Below, in pieces: positions 30,388-40,095 of a DNA stretch of 64,000 bases. Source of the stretch: an uncultured Holophagales bacterium (GTDB lineage Bacteria; Acidobacteriota; Thermoanaerobaculia; Multivoradales; UBA5704); the NCBI GenBank assembly GCA_963842525.1, contig CAWJGT010000003.1, positions 736,001 to 800,000 of the forward strand, given 5' to 3'. Under the pieces are notes generated by a model that had not been told where the DNA came from, ran no database searches, and saw only the letters and a list, made by a program, of their open reading frames with translations. Position 1 is the first letter of the stretch. The number at the start of each line of letters is the position of its first letter. The position numbers and the translations under genes are program-made.

Positions 30388-32654
30388 CTATCGTGCTCCG
30401 AGGGCCTCTGCCGCCGGCCGGGCCTCCTGCCTGGTCGCAAGGCGAAGATATTCGTCGAGCGGAAAACTGTCCACCTGGACGGCGTCGGCCCGGGCCGCCG
30501 CGGCCTCGCGCACCAGGGCGGCCTCGTCCGGCGTGAGCAGGCCCGCGGCGAGCGCCGGCTCGACCAGGGCCTCCGGCGCTCCCGGCGGGGTTCGTCCCGG
30601 CGCGGGAGGCACGGGCGATCCGATCCAGCAGAGGAGCGCTGCGGGTGGCGAGAACGAAGGCGCGCTCCAGCCGGCCGAGGGCCTCCTGGGGACCGGCGGG
30701 GAGGAAGAGGCCGGCCGTCAGCCGGTCGCGCAGCTCTCCCGGCTGGCGGAGGACCGCGGCCACCTGCGACCCAAGCTGGTCGTCCGGCGGCCGGCCGAGA
30801 GGGTTGGCCCGGCACCACCACGCTCCGGCGCCGCGCAGGAGCCAAGCCAGCGGTCCCTCGAAATTCTGATAGATCCCCTCGAAGGCGGTCTGGATGCGGG
30901 CGAGGGCGTGCTCGACGGCCCAGCGCGCGAGCGGCAGGTCCTCGTCGCGCCGGCCCTCGGCCTCGAAACGGCGGAGGGCGCAGAAGCCCAGGTACATCCA
31001 CGACAGGACGTCGGCGAAACGGCCGCTCAGCTTCTCGCGGAATTTGAGCCGGCTCCCCAGGGAGAGGACCGCCAGGTCGGTCAGCACCGCGAAGCGGGCC
31101 GAGGCCCAGGAGAGCCTGCGGTAGTAGCGGGAGGTCGATCCGGGCACCGGAGAGCGGACGAGGCGTCCGCGGGTGAGGCCGAGGACGGCGGATCGGAGGA
31201 GATTGCGCAGGAAGAAGGCCGCATGGCCGCGCAGGGCACGCCGCAACGCCTTCGCATCCCCCTGCTCCAGGGCCCGCACCTCGGCCAGCGCCCAGGGGTG
31301 GCCGCGGAGAGCTCCCTGGCCGAAGATGATCAGCGTCCGGGTGAGGATGTTCGCCCCCTCGACCGTGATGCCGATGGGTGCGCCGGCGTGGCCGGCCGCG
31401 AGCAGGTTGCGCGGCCCGCGGCTGATCGCGGCGCCGCCCAGGATGTCCATGCCGTCCTGGACGAGGGAGCGCAGCAGCTCCGTCTGGTTGTACTTGGAGA
31501 CGGCCGAGAGCACGGCAGGCCGTTGGCCGGCGTCCACGGCGCCGCAGGTGTAGACCCGCGCTGCTTCCATGAGATAGGTCAGGCCGGCGATGCGGGCGAG
31601 CGGCTCCTCGATCCCCTCGAAGCGGCCGATCTCGACGCCGAACTGCCGGCGGACCATGCTGTACGCACCCGCCACCCGGGCCACGTACTTGGCGCCGCCG
31701 ACCGACTGGGCGGGGAGCGAGATCGCCCGGCCGGCCGAGAGTGCCTCCATCAGCATCTTCCACCCCTTGCCGGCCTGGCCGAGGCCGCCGAGGATCTGAT
31801 CGGCCGGGATGACCACGTCCCGTCCCTCGGTCGGGCCGTTGGGCATGGGCACGCCCATGGGGTCGTGCCGGTCGCCGATCTGTATGCCTGGCAGTTGAGT
31901 AGGGACGAGGGCCACGGTGATGCCCAGGTCGTCGGTTGCCTCGGCGCGTCCGAGAAGGTTCTCCGGGTCGCGCAGCCGGAAGGCGAGGCCGAGCAGGGTG
32001 GCGACCGGCGCCAGGGTGATGTAGCGCTTGCTCCAGGTGAGGCGCAGGGCGAGGCGGCCGTTGCGGTCATCGACGAAGAGGATGCCTTCGGAGCGGAGCG
32101 AGGCGGCGTCGGAGCCGGCCTCGGGCTCGGTCAGGGCGAAGCAGGGGATCTCGTCGCCGCGGGCGAGGCGCGGGAGATACCAGTCCCGCTGCTCGGGCGT
32201 GCCGTATGCGAGGAGAAGCTCGCCCGGGCCGACCGAGTTGGGGATGAGCACTACCGCCGAGAGCGCGAGCGATCGCGAGGCGAGCTTGCCGAAGATGGTG
32301 GACTGCGCCAGGGCGGAGAAGCCGAGGCCGCCGTAGGCCTCCGGGATCGCCAGACCGAAGAAGCGCTTCTCTTTGAGGTAGCGCCAGACTTCCTCCGGGC
32401 AGCTCGCGGGTCTGCCAGAGCTTCCACTCGTCCACCATCCGGCAGGCCTCTTCGACGGGGCCGTCGAGGAAGACCCGTTCGCGCGCCGTCAGCTCCGGAT
32501 AGGGCTCGGCGAGCATGCGCCGGAAGTCGGGCCGGCCGGAGAAGAGCTCGCCGTCCACCCAGACCGTGCCGGCCTCCAGGGCCTGGCGCTCGGTCTCGGA
32601 GATGCGGGGGATCAAGCCCTTGCGCCGCGCGGTCCGGATCAGCCAGGAGGGCAT
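30388..32654 (-). CDS. fadE: FadE-type long acyl-CoA dehydrogenase (frameshifts near 32395 and 30612)
   Basis: PRISETERQALEAGTVW, PNSVGPGELL, CFALTEPEAGSDA, KRYITLAPVAT, RRQFG, ITVEGANILTR, VQVDSF. Confidence 0.88.
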
Positions 32655-32708
32655 GCTCCCAGAGTACCGCATCCGGGGCGGCGAACCGGCCGCCCCGGTG
32701 CGGAGGCC

Positions 32709-34793
32709 CTACCAGCGGTATTCGAGGCCGGCGAAGACCGAGGCGCCGTCGCCGGGGAGGAACTGGGCGGAGTCGCGGCCCCGCGCGTCCGGGATCACGC
32801 CGGTGGTGGCCGCGTAGGTCTCGTCCGTCAGGTTCTTGCCTTCGATGAACCCGGCGATGCCCTTGGCCGGCCGGTATCCCAGCTTGAAACCGAGGACGGC
32901 GTAGCCTTCGGCAAAGAGCGTGTTGGCGTGGTCGACGGGATAATCGTCGGGGACCCACTCCAGGTTCGGTCCGCCGTAGAAGCCCGAGGCCTGCTGAACG
33001 ACCAGCTCGGTCCGCAGAACGTGCTCGGGGATGCCTGCGAGCTGGTTGTCGCCGTAAATAGGGTCGTTGGAAAACAGGAACCGGTTCCAGTTGTAGACCT
33101 GGCGCAGGGTCAGGTTCCGGCGGTCCCCGCCGAAGCGCAGGGTGAAGCCGACCTCGGCTCCGGAGTGAAGGGTCCTCTGGGCGTTGACCGTGCCCAGCGG
33201 ATTGCCCACGGCGTCGTTGAAGCTGAGGAGCTCGTCGTCCACCCGGGCGTGGTAGAAGGCCACGTCCCAGGCCGCCCGCCGGGCGTGGCCGCGGGTGCCG
33301 ACCTCCACCGTGGTCGCCGTTTGCGCGTCGAGCGGGAGGAGCCCGGTGCCTCCGACGTTGACCAGCTCGCCAAAGGTGGGAGGCTCGAAGCTCCGGCTGA
33401 CGTTGGTGAAGAGCGAGACCGCGGGGGAGACGTCCACCATCAGGCCGAGCTTGGGGCTGACGCCGGTGAACTCCTGGTTGTCGGTCTGGTCGCCGTTGGC
33501 GAGGAATTCGTCGTCGAAGTCCCGCCCCGCCTGCGAAAGCTGGAGGCCGGCCGACAGCCGGACCCCGGGCCACAGCTCCAGACGGTCCTCGGCGTAGAGG
33601 TCCAGGTTGAGGGACGTGGTTGCGCCGCGGGCGGTCGGAGCGCCGCGGTGGCCCCCGACGTTGACGAACCGGTTGTCCTGGAGGAAGCCGAGCGCGGGAC
33701 TGAAGCCGGCGATGAAGACGTTGCTGCGGCCGGCGAAATTGCCGTAGCGCTCATACCGGATGTCGCCGCCGAAGTCGTTGGACTCCTGGTCGAGGACCTG
33801 GAAGATCGGGTGGTCGAGGTTCTTGTACGACCAGAACGTGCCGATGTCGAGCAGGCTGGACGGGCTGAGCCGTACGCTCGTGCGGTTCGAGACGCGGTAG
33901 AGGTCGAAGTCCCGCTTCTGGTCCAAAGCCAGGTTCCCCGGGGCAGCCTGCTCCCGGTTCGTCTCCATCTGGGCGCGGGTCAGGTTGCCGGGAAGCTCGG
34001 AGTCGGTCTTCACCGCGGTGACGAAGAAGCGGGTCTCGCGTCCCTCGCCGAAGCGGTAGCCGAGATTGCCGAAGAAACGCTGGCTGCTCTGGACGCTGTG
34101 CTGGCGGAAGCCGTCCTGCGAGGAGTGGGTCAGGCTGAAGAGCGCGTCGAGCCGCTCGTGCTCGACCGCCGCGCTGGCCTGGCCCCGCAGATAGCCGAAG
34201 GCGCCTCCCTCGACGCGCACCCGGGCCGGGTCGGCGTCGTGGCCGTTCTCGGACACGAAGTTGATCGCGCCGCCCAGCGTCGAGGCGCCGTACTGGAGGG
34301 CGTTGGCGCCGCGGAAGACCTCGATGTAGCGGGCGCTCAGGGGCTCGACGGCCTGGAAGTCGAAGGCGCCGTCGGCGAGGTTGAGCGGCACTCCATCCTG
34401 GAGCAGCTTGAGCCCGCGGCCGTGGAAGGTGCGCTGGAGGCCCGAGCCGCGGATCGAGAGGCGTGCCTCCTCGGAGCCGAAGCGGGGCTGGACGAACACC
34501 CCGGGTGCGAAGTCGAGAGCATCCTTCAGGGTCGAGGTGCGGCCCTGCTTGTAGCTCTCGGCATCCACGAGGCTGGTGCCGCCCGGGACGTCCGCCAGCT
34601 CCTCGGCCGCCGTCTGCGGGCTGGGCAGGGTGAGCGAGGAGTCCTTGTCGCCGCGGACGGTGATCTCCTCTTCATAGGTCGGTGGGGATTCCGGCTCCTC
34701 CGGCTGCGGCGGTGCGTTCTCCGCCGAAGTCTGTGCTGCCAGAACGAAGGACAGCGAAGCAAAGGCACACGCGTGCCTCCACGAAAAAGACAT
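32709..34793 (-). CDS. TonB-dependent outer-membrane receptor
   Basis: AAAGGAGG SD; signal peptide; EEITV TonB box; SIRGSG, IEVFRGANALQYG..GGAINF plug; terminal LEYRW. Confidence 0.93.
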   Translation of the reverse strand: MSFSWRHACAFASLSFVLAAQTSAENAPPQPEEPESPPTYEEEITVRGDKDSSLTLPSPQTAAEELADVPGGTSLVDAESYKQGRTSTLKDALDFAPGVFVQPRFGSEEARLSIRGSGLQRTFHGRGLKLLQDGVPLNLADGAFDFQAVEPLSARYIEVFRGANALQYGASTLGGAINFVSENGHDADPARVRVEGGAFGYLRGQASAAVEHERLDALFSLTHSSQDGFRQHSVQSSQRFFGNLGYRFGEGRETRFFVTAVKTDSELPGNLTRAQMETNREQAAPGNLALDQKRDFDLYRVSNRTSVRLSPSSLLDIGTFWSYKNLDHPIFQVLDQESNDFGGDIRYERYGNFAGRSNVFIAGFSPALGFLQDNRFVNVGGHRGAPTARGATTSLNLDLYAEDRLELWPGVRLSAGLQLSQAGRDFDDEFLANGDQTDNQEFTGVSPKLGLMVDVSPAVSLFTNVSRSFEPPTFGELVNVGGTGLLPLDAQTATTVEVGTRGHARRAAWDVAFYHARVDDELLSFNDAVGNPLGTVNAQRTLHSGAEVGFTLRFGGDRRNLTLRQVYNWNRFLFSNDPIYGDNQLAGIPEHVLRTELVVQQASGFYGGPNLEWVPDDYPVDHANTLFAEGYAVLGFKLGYRPAKGIAGFIEGKNLTDETYAATTGVIPDARGRDSAQFLPGDGASVFAGLEYRW

Positions 34794-34801
34794 GGACAGA
34801 C

Positions 34802-34869
34802 CTCCTTTCCAGGTCGTGCGTGACAGGTCTTCGTTGTTTCAGACGAGACGTCAGGCAGCCTGGAAGGAG
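34802..34869 (-). promoter_or_regulatory. Putative SD-sequestering hairpin between the uORF end and the receptor SD
   Basis: + strand CTCCTTTCCAGG (34802-34813) and CCTGGAAGGAG (34859-34869) are inverted repeats with one bulge; the first arm is the receptor SD. Confidence 0.55.
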
Positions 34870-35249
34870 CGGGGCGGAGGGATTTCTGGAGCGCGCGAGG
34901 GGATGCGCGGCAGCCGGTAGGCCGCCTCCAGGGCAGCACCGGCGGGCTCGCGGCTGGACGGGGCTTCGCAGACGCGCTCGACCAGCCAGCCACGCAGGGC
35001 GAAGCTGGCGAACAGGACGTCTCCCGTGGCCGGCTGGCGTTGCCGCTTCATGGAGCAGGTCATCTGGACGCCGCCGTCGCAGTGAGCTCCATGAGGAGCG
35101 ATCAGCCGGCAGAAACAGCCGTTCTTCATCCCGCACGCGCAGGTGTGCTCGGAGAGGAACAAGGCTCCGGCGGGCGCCAGAAGCACGGCCAGCAGGCACA
35201 CTGCACTCAGACGGGTGGCCGGCCGGCGCAGGAAGGGACGCGCGGACAT
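34851..35249 (-). CDS. Cys/His-rich upstream ORF (DUF2946/CruR/CutF-like regulatory leader)
   Basis: N-terminal hydrophobic segment, HTCACG..GCFC, HGAHC, C-terminal RAPEIPPPRS; 57 nt upstream of the receptor. Confidence 0.6.
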   Translation of the reverse strand: MSARPFLRRPATRLSAVCLLAVLLAPAGALFLSEHTCACGMKNGCFCRLIAPHGAHCDGGVQMTCSMKRQRQPATGDVLFASFALRGWLVERVCEAPSSREPAGAALEAAYRLPRIPSRAPEIPPPRSFQAA

Positions 35250-35322
35250 CTTCCTCAGTCTACACCTGGAATAGAGATCTGTTGCAAAGGGCGAGCAGGA
35301 AGCTCATCTGGAGGCGAAAACC

Positions 35323-36291
35323 ATGAACCGGCAGATCACGGGTATCCACCACGTCACCGCCATTGCGCGGGACCCGCAGGCGAACCTCGACTTCTATACC
35401 GGAGTGCTGGGGCTGCGGCTGGTGAAGAAGACGATCAATTTCGACGACCCGGGCACCTATCACTTCTATTATGGGGACGAGCAGGGACGGCCCGGCACCA
35501 TCCTGACCTTCTTTCCCTGGCCGATGGCGCGGCTCGGCTCGCACGGCGCCGGCCAGGCGACGGTGACCTCCTTCTCGGTCCCCGAAGGCTCGCTCGGCGC
35601 CTGGCAGGAGCGGCTGGACCGGCTCGGAGTGACGTTCGAGGCGCCGCGGGAACGCTTCGACGAGGAGGTCCTGACCCTGCTCGACCCGGACGGCCTCAAG
35701 CTCGAGCTGGTGGCCCGTGCGGATGACGACCGTACGCCCTGGCTGGCCGGTCCGGTGCCGCCCGGGCAGGCCATCCGCGGCTTCGACGGCGTGACCCTGA
35801 CCGAGTGGAACCCGGAGGTGACCGCCCGCGTGCTGGATGGTGTCCTGGGCTTCCGCGCCGCCGGCGAGCAGCGCGACCGCTTCCGCTTCGAGGCCGGCGC
35901 CGGCGGTCCGGGCACCCGGGTGGACGTCGTCGCCAAACCGGACGCACCGCGCGGCCATGTGGCGGCGGGCACGGTCCATCACGTGGCCTGGCGCACGCCG
36001 GACGACGCGCAGCAGAAGGCCTGGCACGAAGAGCTGGCCGGGCTCGGCTTCCACGTCAGCGCGATCCTGGACCGGCAGTACTTCCACTCGATCTACTTCC
36101 GCGAGCCGGGCGGGGTGCTCTTCGAGATCGCGACCGATCCGCCGGGCTTCACCCTCGACGAGACAGTCGAGAGCCTGGGCTCCGGGCTGCGGCTGCCGCC
36201 GTGGCTGGAGCCGGAGAGGAAAGAGATCGAGGCGATCCTGCCGAACGTCGAGGTGCGGCAGGTGGCCGAGAAAGTGGGAGGTGAGAGATGA
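35323..36291 (+). CDS. Ring-cleaving dioxygenase, VOC/glyoxalase family (MhqA/O-like)
   Basis: GIHHVTA, KKTINFDDPGTYHFYYG, GTVHHVAWR, DRQYFHSIYFREPGGVLFEIATD. Confidence 0.92.
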   Translation: MNRQITGIHHVTAIARDPQANLDFYTGVLGLRLVKKTINFDDPGTYHFYYGDEQGRPGTILTFFPWPMARLGSHGAGQATVTSFSVPEGSLGAWQERLDRLGVTFEAPRERFDEEVLTLLDPDGLKLELVARADDDRTPWLAGPVPPGQAIRGFDGVTLTEWNPEVTARVLDGVLGFRAAGEQRDRFRFEAGAGGPGTRVDVVAKPDAPRGHVAAGTVHHVAWRTPDDAQQKAWHEELAGLGFHVSAILDRQYFHSIYFREPGGVLFEIATDPPGFTLDETVESLGSGLRLPPWLEPERKEIEAILPNVEVRQVAEKVGGER

Positions 36292-36923
36292 AGGCGTCGC
36301 CGCATCGGGGTCAGCCCGTGCTCGCAGCGGGCCGGTCCCTGGACGAGGCCGATGCGGCCATGGTGATGGTCCATGGCCGCGGCGCCACGGCCGAGGACAT
36401 CCTGAGCCTGGCGGGTGAGCTGGAGAGGCCGGAGCTGGCATACCTGGCACCGCAGGCGGCGGGGTACACCTGGTATCCGTACAGCTTCCTCGCGCCGATG
36501 GAGCAGAACGAGCCGGGGCTCTCGTCGGGCCTGGAAGTCCTGGGCGACCTGCTCCGCCACCTGGAGGCGCACGGCATCCCGGCCGAGCGCACGGTCCTCC
36601 TGGGCTTTTCGCAGGGCGCCTGCCTGACGCTCGAATACGCGGCGCGCAACGCCCGGCGGTATGGTGGTGTAGTGGCTCTCTCCGGCGGCCTCATCGGTCC
36701 GCCGGGCACGCCGCGGGACTATGAAGGCTCCTTCGCGGGCACGCCCATCTTCCTCGGTTGCAGCGACCGCGACCCGCACATCCCCAGGGACCGGGTGGAC
36801 GAGAGCGCCGAGGTCGTCCGCAGGATGGGCGCCGAGGTGACCGAGCGGATCTATCCGGCCATGGGGCACACCGTCAACGAGGACGAGTTGAGCTTCGTCC
36901 GCGATCTGGTGAAGACGCTCTGA
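36288..36923 (+). CDS. Phospholipase/carboxylesterase (alpha/beta hydrolase)
   Basis: HGRG, GFSQGA nucleophile, DPHIP, MGH. Confidence 0.9.
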   Translation: MKASPHRGQPVLAAGRSLDEADAAMVMVHGRGATAEDILSLAGELERPELAYLAPQAAGYTWYPYSFLAPMEQNEPGLSSGLEVLGDLLRHLEAHGIPAERTVLLGFSQGACLTLEYAARNARRYGGVVALSGGLIGPPGTPRDYEGSFAGTPIFLGCSDRDPHIPRDRVDESAEVVRRMGAEVTERIYPAMGHTVNEDELSFVRDLVKTL

Positions 36924-36944
36924 CTATTTCCTTTTTCGTACCCA

Positions 36945-37210
36945 ATCCGGGTCGGTGCGACTCCGAGTTGGACGATCCGTCCCGGCGTGCCCAGATCCTT
37001 TCTCCGCAGACCCAGGTCAGAGCCCAGGAACTCGCGGATCGCGACGAGGACGCGTTCCGCGTTCTCCCCGGTCGGTTCGATGTAGATGTCGAAATCCTTG
37101 GTGGCTCTGGGGCGGGCATGCAGGGCTACGGCGTGGGCGCCGATGATGAGGTACCTAGCCCCACTTCTGTTTAACGACTCGACAAACTCTTCGTAGTCGC
37201 GGTATCTCAC
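36945..37210 (-). pseudogene. C-terminally truncated nucleotidyltransferase-family protein
   Basis: YLIIGAHAVALHARPRATKDFDI NTase motif; family-like sequence ends at GVAPTRI and the frame then runs into the convergent esterase gene. Confidence 0.6.
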
Positions 37211-37388
37211 TCACGCCTCGCGCCTTGAGACTGGAGAGCAGGCAGTCCTGGACGGCGTTGACCCGCTCCTCGGGTGAAAGCTCCTCATACCAGAAACGGA
37301 AGTCCTCTTCCTCGGACTCGTCCAGATCCAGGATCCGGGCTTCCCAGAGCCTCCCGTGCCGATCGACGGCCGTCCCTCGCCGTTCCAT
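37155..37388 (-). CDS. Small partner protein of the nucleotidyltransferase
   Basis: EEEDFRFWYEELSPEERV..PRLRRV pattern typical of small genes preceding such NTases. Confidence 0.55.
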   Translation of the reverse strand: MERRGTAVDRHGRLWEARILDLDESEEEDFRFWYEELSPEERVNAVQDCLLSSLKARGVSEIPRLRRVCRVVKQKWG

Positions 37389-37543
37389 GCGACAGACGTT
37401 AGCACGGCCCTGGCGCATCAGCACCGGATAAGGCCCTCGAAGAGGCCCAGGGCGTGATGCGGAAGGACTTCATCTGGAACCTGGAGCAGCTCAAGGCCGA
37501 GTGGACGAAACAGCGGTGAGGCGATCCTCTGTCAGATGGGAGA

Positions 37544-37762
37544 TCACAGCTCGTCGATGCCCATCTGCCTCGTCCGTCCGGCCTTGAAATCGGCGAGGGC
37601 CTTATCCGCCAGCTTCTCAAGCTGGTCGCTCGACCGGGCGAGGGTCTGATCCCACTTCGCTTCCCCATGGATGTCATCCAGAAGCTGTTGCGCAATCTCG
37701 TCCTGGAGTGTTTCGGGCAACCTCGAAGCCTCTTCAAACGCCTTAGCCAGAAGCTGAGTCAT
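37544..37762 (-). CDS. Orphan type II antitoxin-like protein
   Basis: MTQLLAKAFEEASRLPETLQDEIA...WD...LEKLADKAL...G; AAGGAG SD; overlapping GTG starts a short MISHLTED stub. Confidence 0.7.
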   Translation of the reverse strand: MTQLLAKAFEEASRLPETLQDEIAQQLLDDIHGEAKWDQTLARSSDQLEKLADKALADFKAGRTRQMGIDEL

Positions 37763-37870
37763 CTCAGATCTCCTTCGTTGCTTCTCCGAGGTAAGTATGA
37801 CATGGGGCGAGGCGATTGCACCTCACCCCGCCGCGATCCACGGCATCCTGTCTTCGGTCATCTCCCGCCC

Positions 37871-39379
37871 CTACTTTTTCTCCCGAGGATGCATCAGGCG
37901 GAGGACTCCGAGCAGGCTCTGGGGCGCATGGGCGCTGGTGCGCCACTTGCGGCTCCCCGCTGCCAGGCGCTCGGCTTCGCGGTGCGACGACGGGTTGCCC
38001 GCCACCAGCATGCCCACCGCGGGCAGGCCGCTCGCCTCCAGCCGCTGGACGACCTGGCGGACGGTGTCCAGGGCCTCGGCCCCGTCCAGCCAGCCGAGGA
38101 CGCCGGCGCAGCTCGGCACGATGGCTGCGACCTGCGGCTGGGCGGCGGCGGTGAGCACCTGGACGTGGAGCGCGAGCTTGCCCTTGGGGCTGGCGAACGT
38201 GGCGCTCCCGGCTTGGCGGAGCTCGACCTGCTCGACCAGCTTCTGGAGCCCTTCGTTGCGGGGGAACCCGGGGGCGCGCTCGATCAGGCGTCGCAGGTCC
38301 GGCCAGATCGCTGGCTCCACCAGGACCAGGTAGGGGAGAGCGGCGGCGGGGAGGCCGGCTGCGGCGGCGGACGCGACCAGGTCGGCGATGGCCACGTCGA
38401 ATACGATGGCATTCGAGATCTCCATCGTGTTCTGGGGCGCCGGGTCGGGGACCTGGTCGCGAGGGGCGATCAGTCCATGCTCGACCAGCCAGGCGACGGC
38501 GAGCCGGGTGGTGAGCGGGGCCTCGGTCTCGTCCATGATGAGGTCGAAGAGGCGCGAGCCGGGCTGCTTGAGGAGCCGGGAAAGGATGCGCTGGAGCGGG
38601 AGGTGGGAGAGCTCGCCGGCGTCCTTGAGCAGGGTCCCGCTCATGGCGACCAGGGGCTCGCCGGTGGCGGGGAGGAAGCGGCGGCGCTTGTCCATCTCGT
38701 CCTTGAGCCAAGCCGCCCGCATCAAAAGCTCGTTCATGGGCAGGTGCTCGGGCGGCTGAGTCCGCGGCTCACCGCCTTCGTCGAAGCGGAAGCTTCCCTC
38801 CTCGGTGCAGAGCAGGGCGAGCAAGGCCTCGCTGCCGCGCAACCCCTGCCAGCGGGCGGCGACCAGCTCTCCCTGAGCGAGCTCGACAGCCCCCGAGCCG
38901 CCGGGGCCGCGCACCCGGAGGTGTCCACTCTTGCCTACTTGCCGGAGGTACTGGAGCACGGCCCAGAGCGGATGCCCGGCGAGGTCCCCCTGCAGGAGCT
39001 GGAGGCTGGCCACCCGGCTGCCGAGCAGGCGCTCCACCCGGATCTCCAGCTCTTCGAGGTCGAAGGGGCGGGCCAGGTATTCGTCGGCGCCTGCGCGAAG
39101 AGCCGCCACCCGCTGGGCCGGATCGGCGTCGTCGGAGAGCACAGCCACGCCGACGGTCCGGGTGCCCGGCCGGCCGCGCAGCGCCGCCACAGACACGAGC
39201 GCAGCCAGCGCGGGCAGATCGAGAACCACCAGGTCCGCATGGCCCTCGTCAGCCGTCTCGGCCACCCGATCGGCGCTGCCGAGGATCTCGACCTGATGGC
39301 CGGCCACGCGCAGCCGATCTTCGAGCACGGCCGCGAAGACCGGGTCCTTCTCGATCACCAGAATCTTGGCCACGGGCAC
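37871..39379 (-). CDS. Response regulator with DUF4388-like domain
   Basis: N-terminal receiver (ILVIEKD, DLVVLD, GADEYLARPF); LQGDL..VLQYL..KSGHLRV..GELVAA..GSFRF. Confidence 0.8.
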   Translation of the reverse strand: MPVAKILVIEKDPVFAAVLEDRLRVAGHQVEILGSADRVAETADEGHADLVVLDLPALAALVSVAALRGRPGTRTVGVAVLSDDADPAQRVAALRAGADEYLARPFDLEELEIRVERLLGSRVASLQLLQGDLAGHPLWAVLQYLRQVGKSGHLRVRGPGGSGAVELAQGELVAARWQGLRGSEALLALLCTEEGSFRFDEGGEPRTQPPEHLPMNELLMRAAWLKDEMDKRRRFLPATGEPLVAMSGTLLKDAGELSHLPLQRILSRLLKQPGSRLFDLIMDETEAPLTTRLAVAWLVEHGLIAPRDQVPDPAPQNTMEISNAIVFDVAIADLVASAAAAGLPAAALPYLVLVEPAIWPDLRRLIERAPGFPRNEGLQKLVEQVELRQAGSATFASPKGKLALHVQVLTAAAQPQVAAIVPSCAGVLGWLDGAEALDTVRQVVQRLEASGLPAVGMLVAGNPSSHREAERLAAGSRKWRTSAHAPQSLLGVLRLMHPREKK

Positions 39380-39400
39380 CTCGCTCGATTCCGGGCCATT

Positions 39401-39826
39401 CTATCTGTCCGTAATGGAGGCGGTGCGCGGCGAGTGCAACTCGATCGGGAGGTGCCGGGCAAAGTCCCCGAAGTCCCCATCCGTGGTCAGGATCGGTATC
39501 CCATGGCGTTCGGCGACGGCACAGAGGAGAAAGTCTGTGTTCGACCCCTGGATGCCCTTGGATCTGCACAGGTTGAAGAATTCGGCCGCCCTCTCATGGT
39601 CGGTCGTCACGAGGGGGAGGTCCGGGAAGGCGCCCAGGTGGTGCCGCAACCTGTGGAACTGAGCGGGCTCGCGAATCCCGGAGAGGACCTCCTGGCGAAT
39701 CGGACCGATGAGGCGAGCGCGCGCCTCCCAGATAAGGTGGCGAAGCTCTGGGACCACAGGGTGAGACACAGGCTTCCGGCGGCGGAAGGCCAGGGACCAG
39801 ACGCTGGTGTCGACCAGCACGCTCAT
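39401..39826 (-). CDS. vapC: VapC PIN-domain toxin
   Basis: VLVDTSVW, IRQEVLSG, TDFLLCA, TTDGDF. Confidence 0.9.
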   Translation of the reverse strand: MSVLVDTSVWSLAFRRRKPVSHPVVPELRHLIWEARARLIGPIRQEVLSGIREPAQFHRLRHHLGAFPDLPLVTTDHERAAEFFNLCRSKGIQGSNTDFLLCAVAERHGIPILTTDGDFGDFARHLPIELHSPRTASITDR

Positions 39827-40023
39827 CTCCGCCGCCGCTGCTCCTTGTAGTCGTACGCCGGGTCGTAGTCGATCTTGCCGAAGAGGTCGAGGATCTGGAG
39901 CTGCTTCCGGCGCTCGATGTACTCCTTGAGCGCCTCGTTGACCGTCGCCTTCTTCGTCCGGTGCCCTCCGAGGCGAAGCGCCTCCTCCAGGAGCCCGTCA
40001 TCGATCGCCAGGTTCGTCGGCAT
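39823..40023 (-). CDS. vapB: VapB antitoxin
   Basis: MPTNLAIDDGLLEEA..TKKATVNEALKEYI; GGGAGG SD; 4-nt overlap with vapC. Confidence 0.88.
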   Translation of the reverse strand: MPTNLAIDDGLLEEALRLGGHRTKKATVNEALKEYIERRKQLQILDLFGKIDYDPAYDYKEQRRRR

Positions 40024-40095
40024 CGTGTGCCCTCCCTGTCTACACAATAGCACAGCCGGAAATGTGTGAAGGGGACGCGGTGAGCGGTCTCAAAG

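Noticed and set aside
26902-32848. Very long antisense or alternate-frame ORFs (807, 870, 940 aa; also 52679..55651)
   Set aside because: Shadow ORFs expected in high-GC DNA opposite or overlapping real genes; no recognisable motifs.
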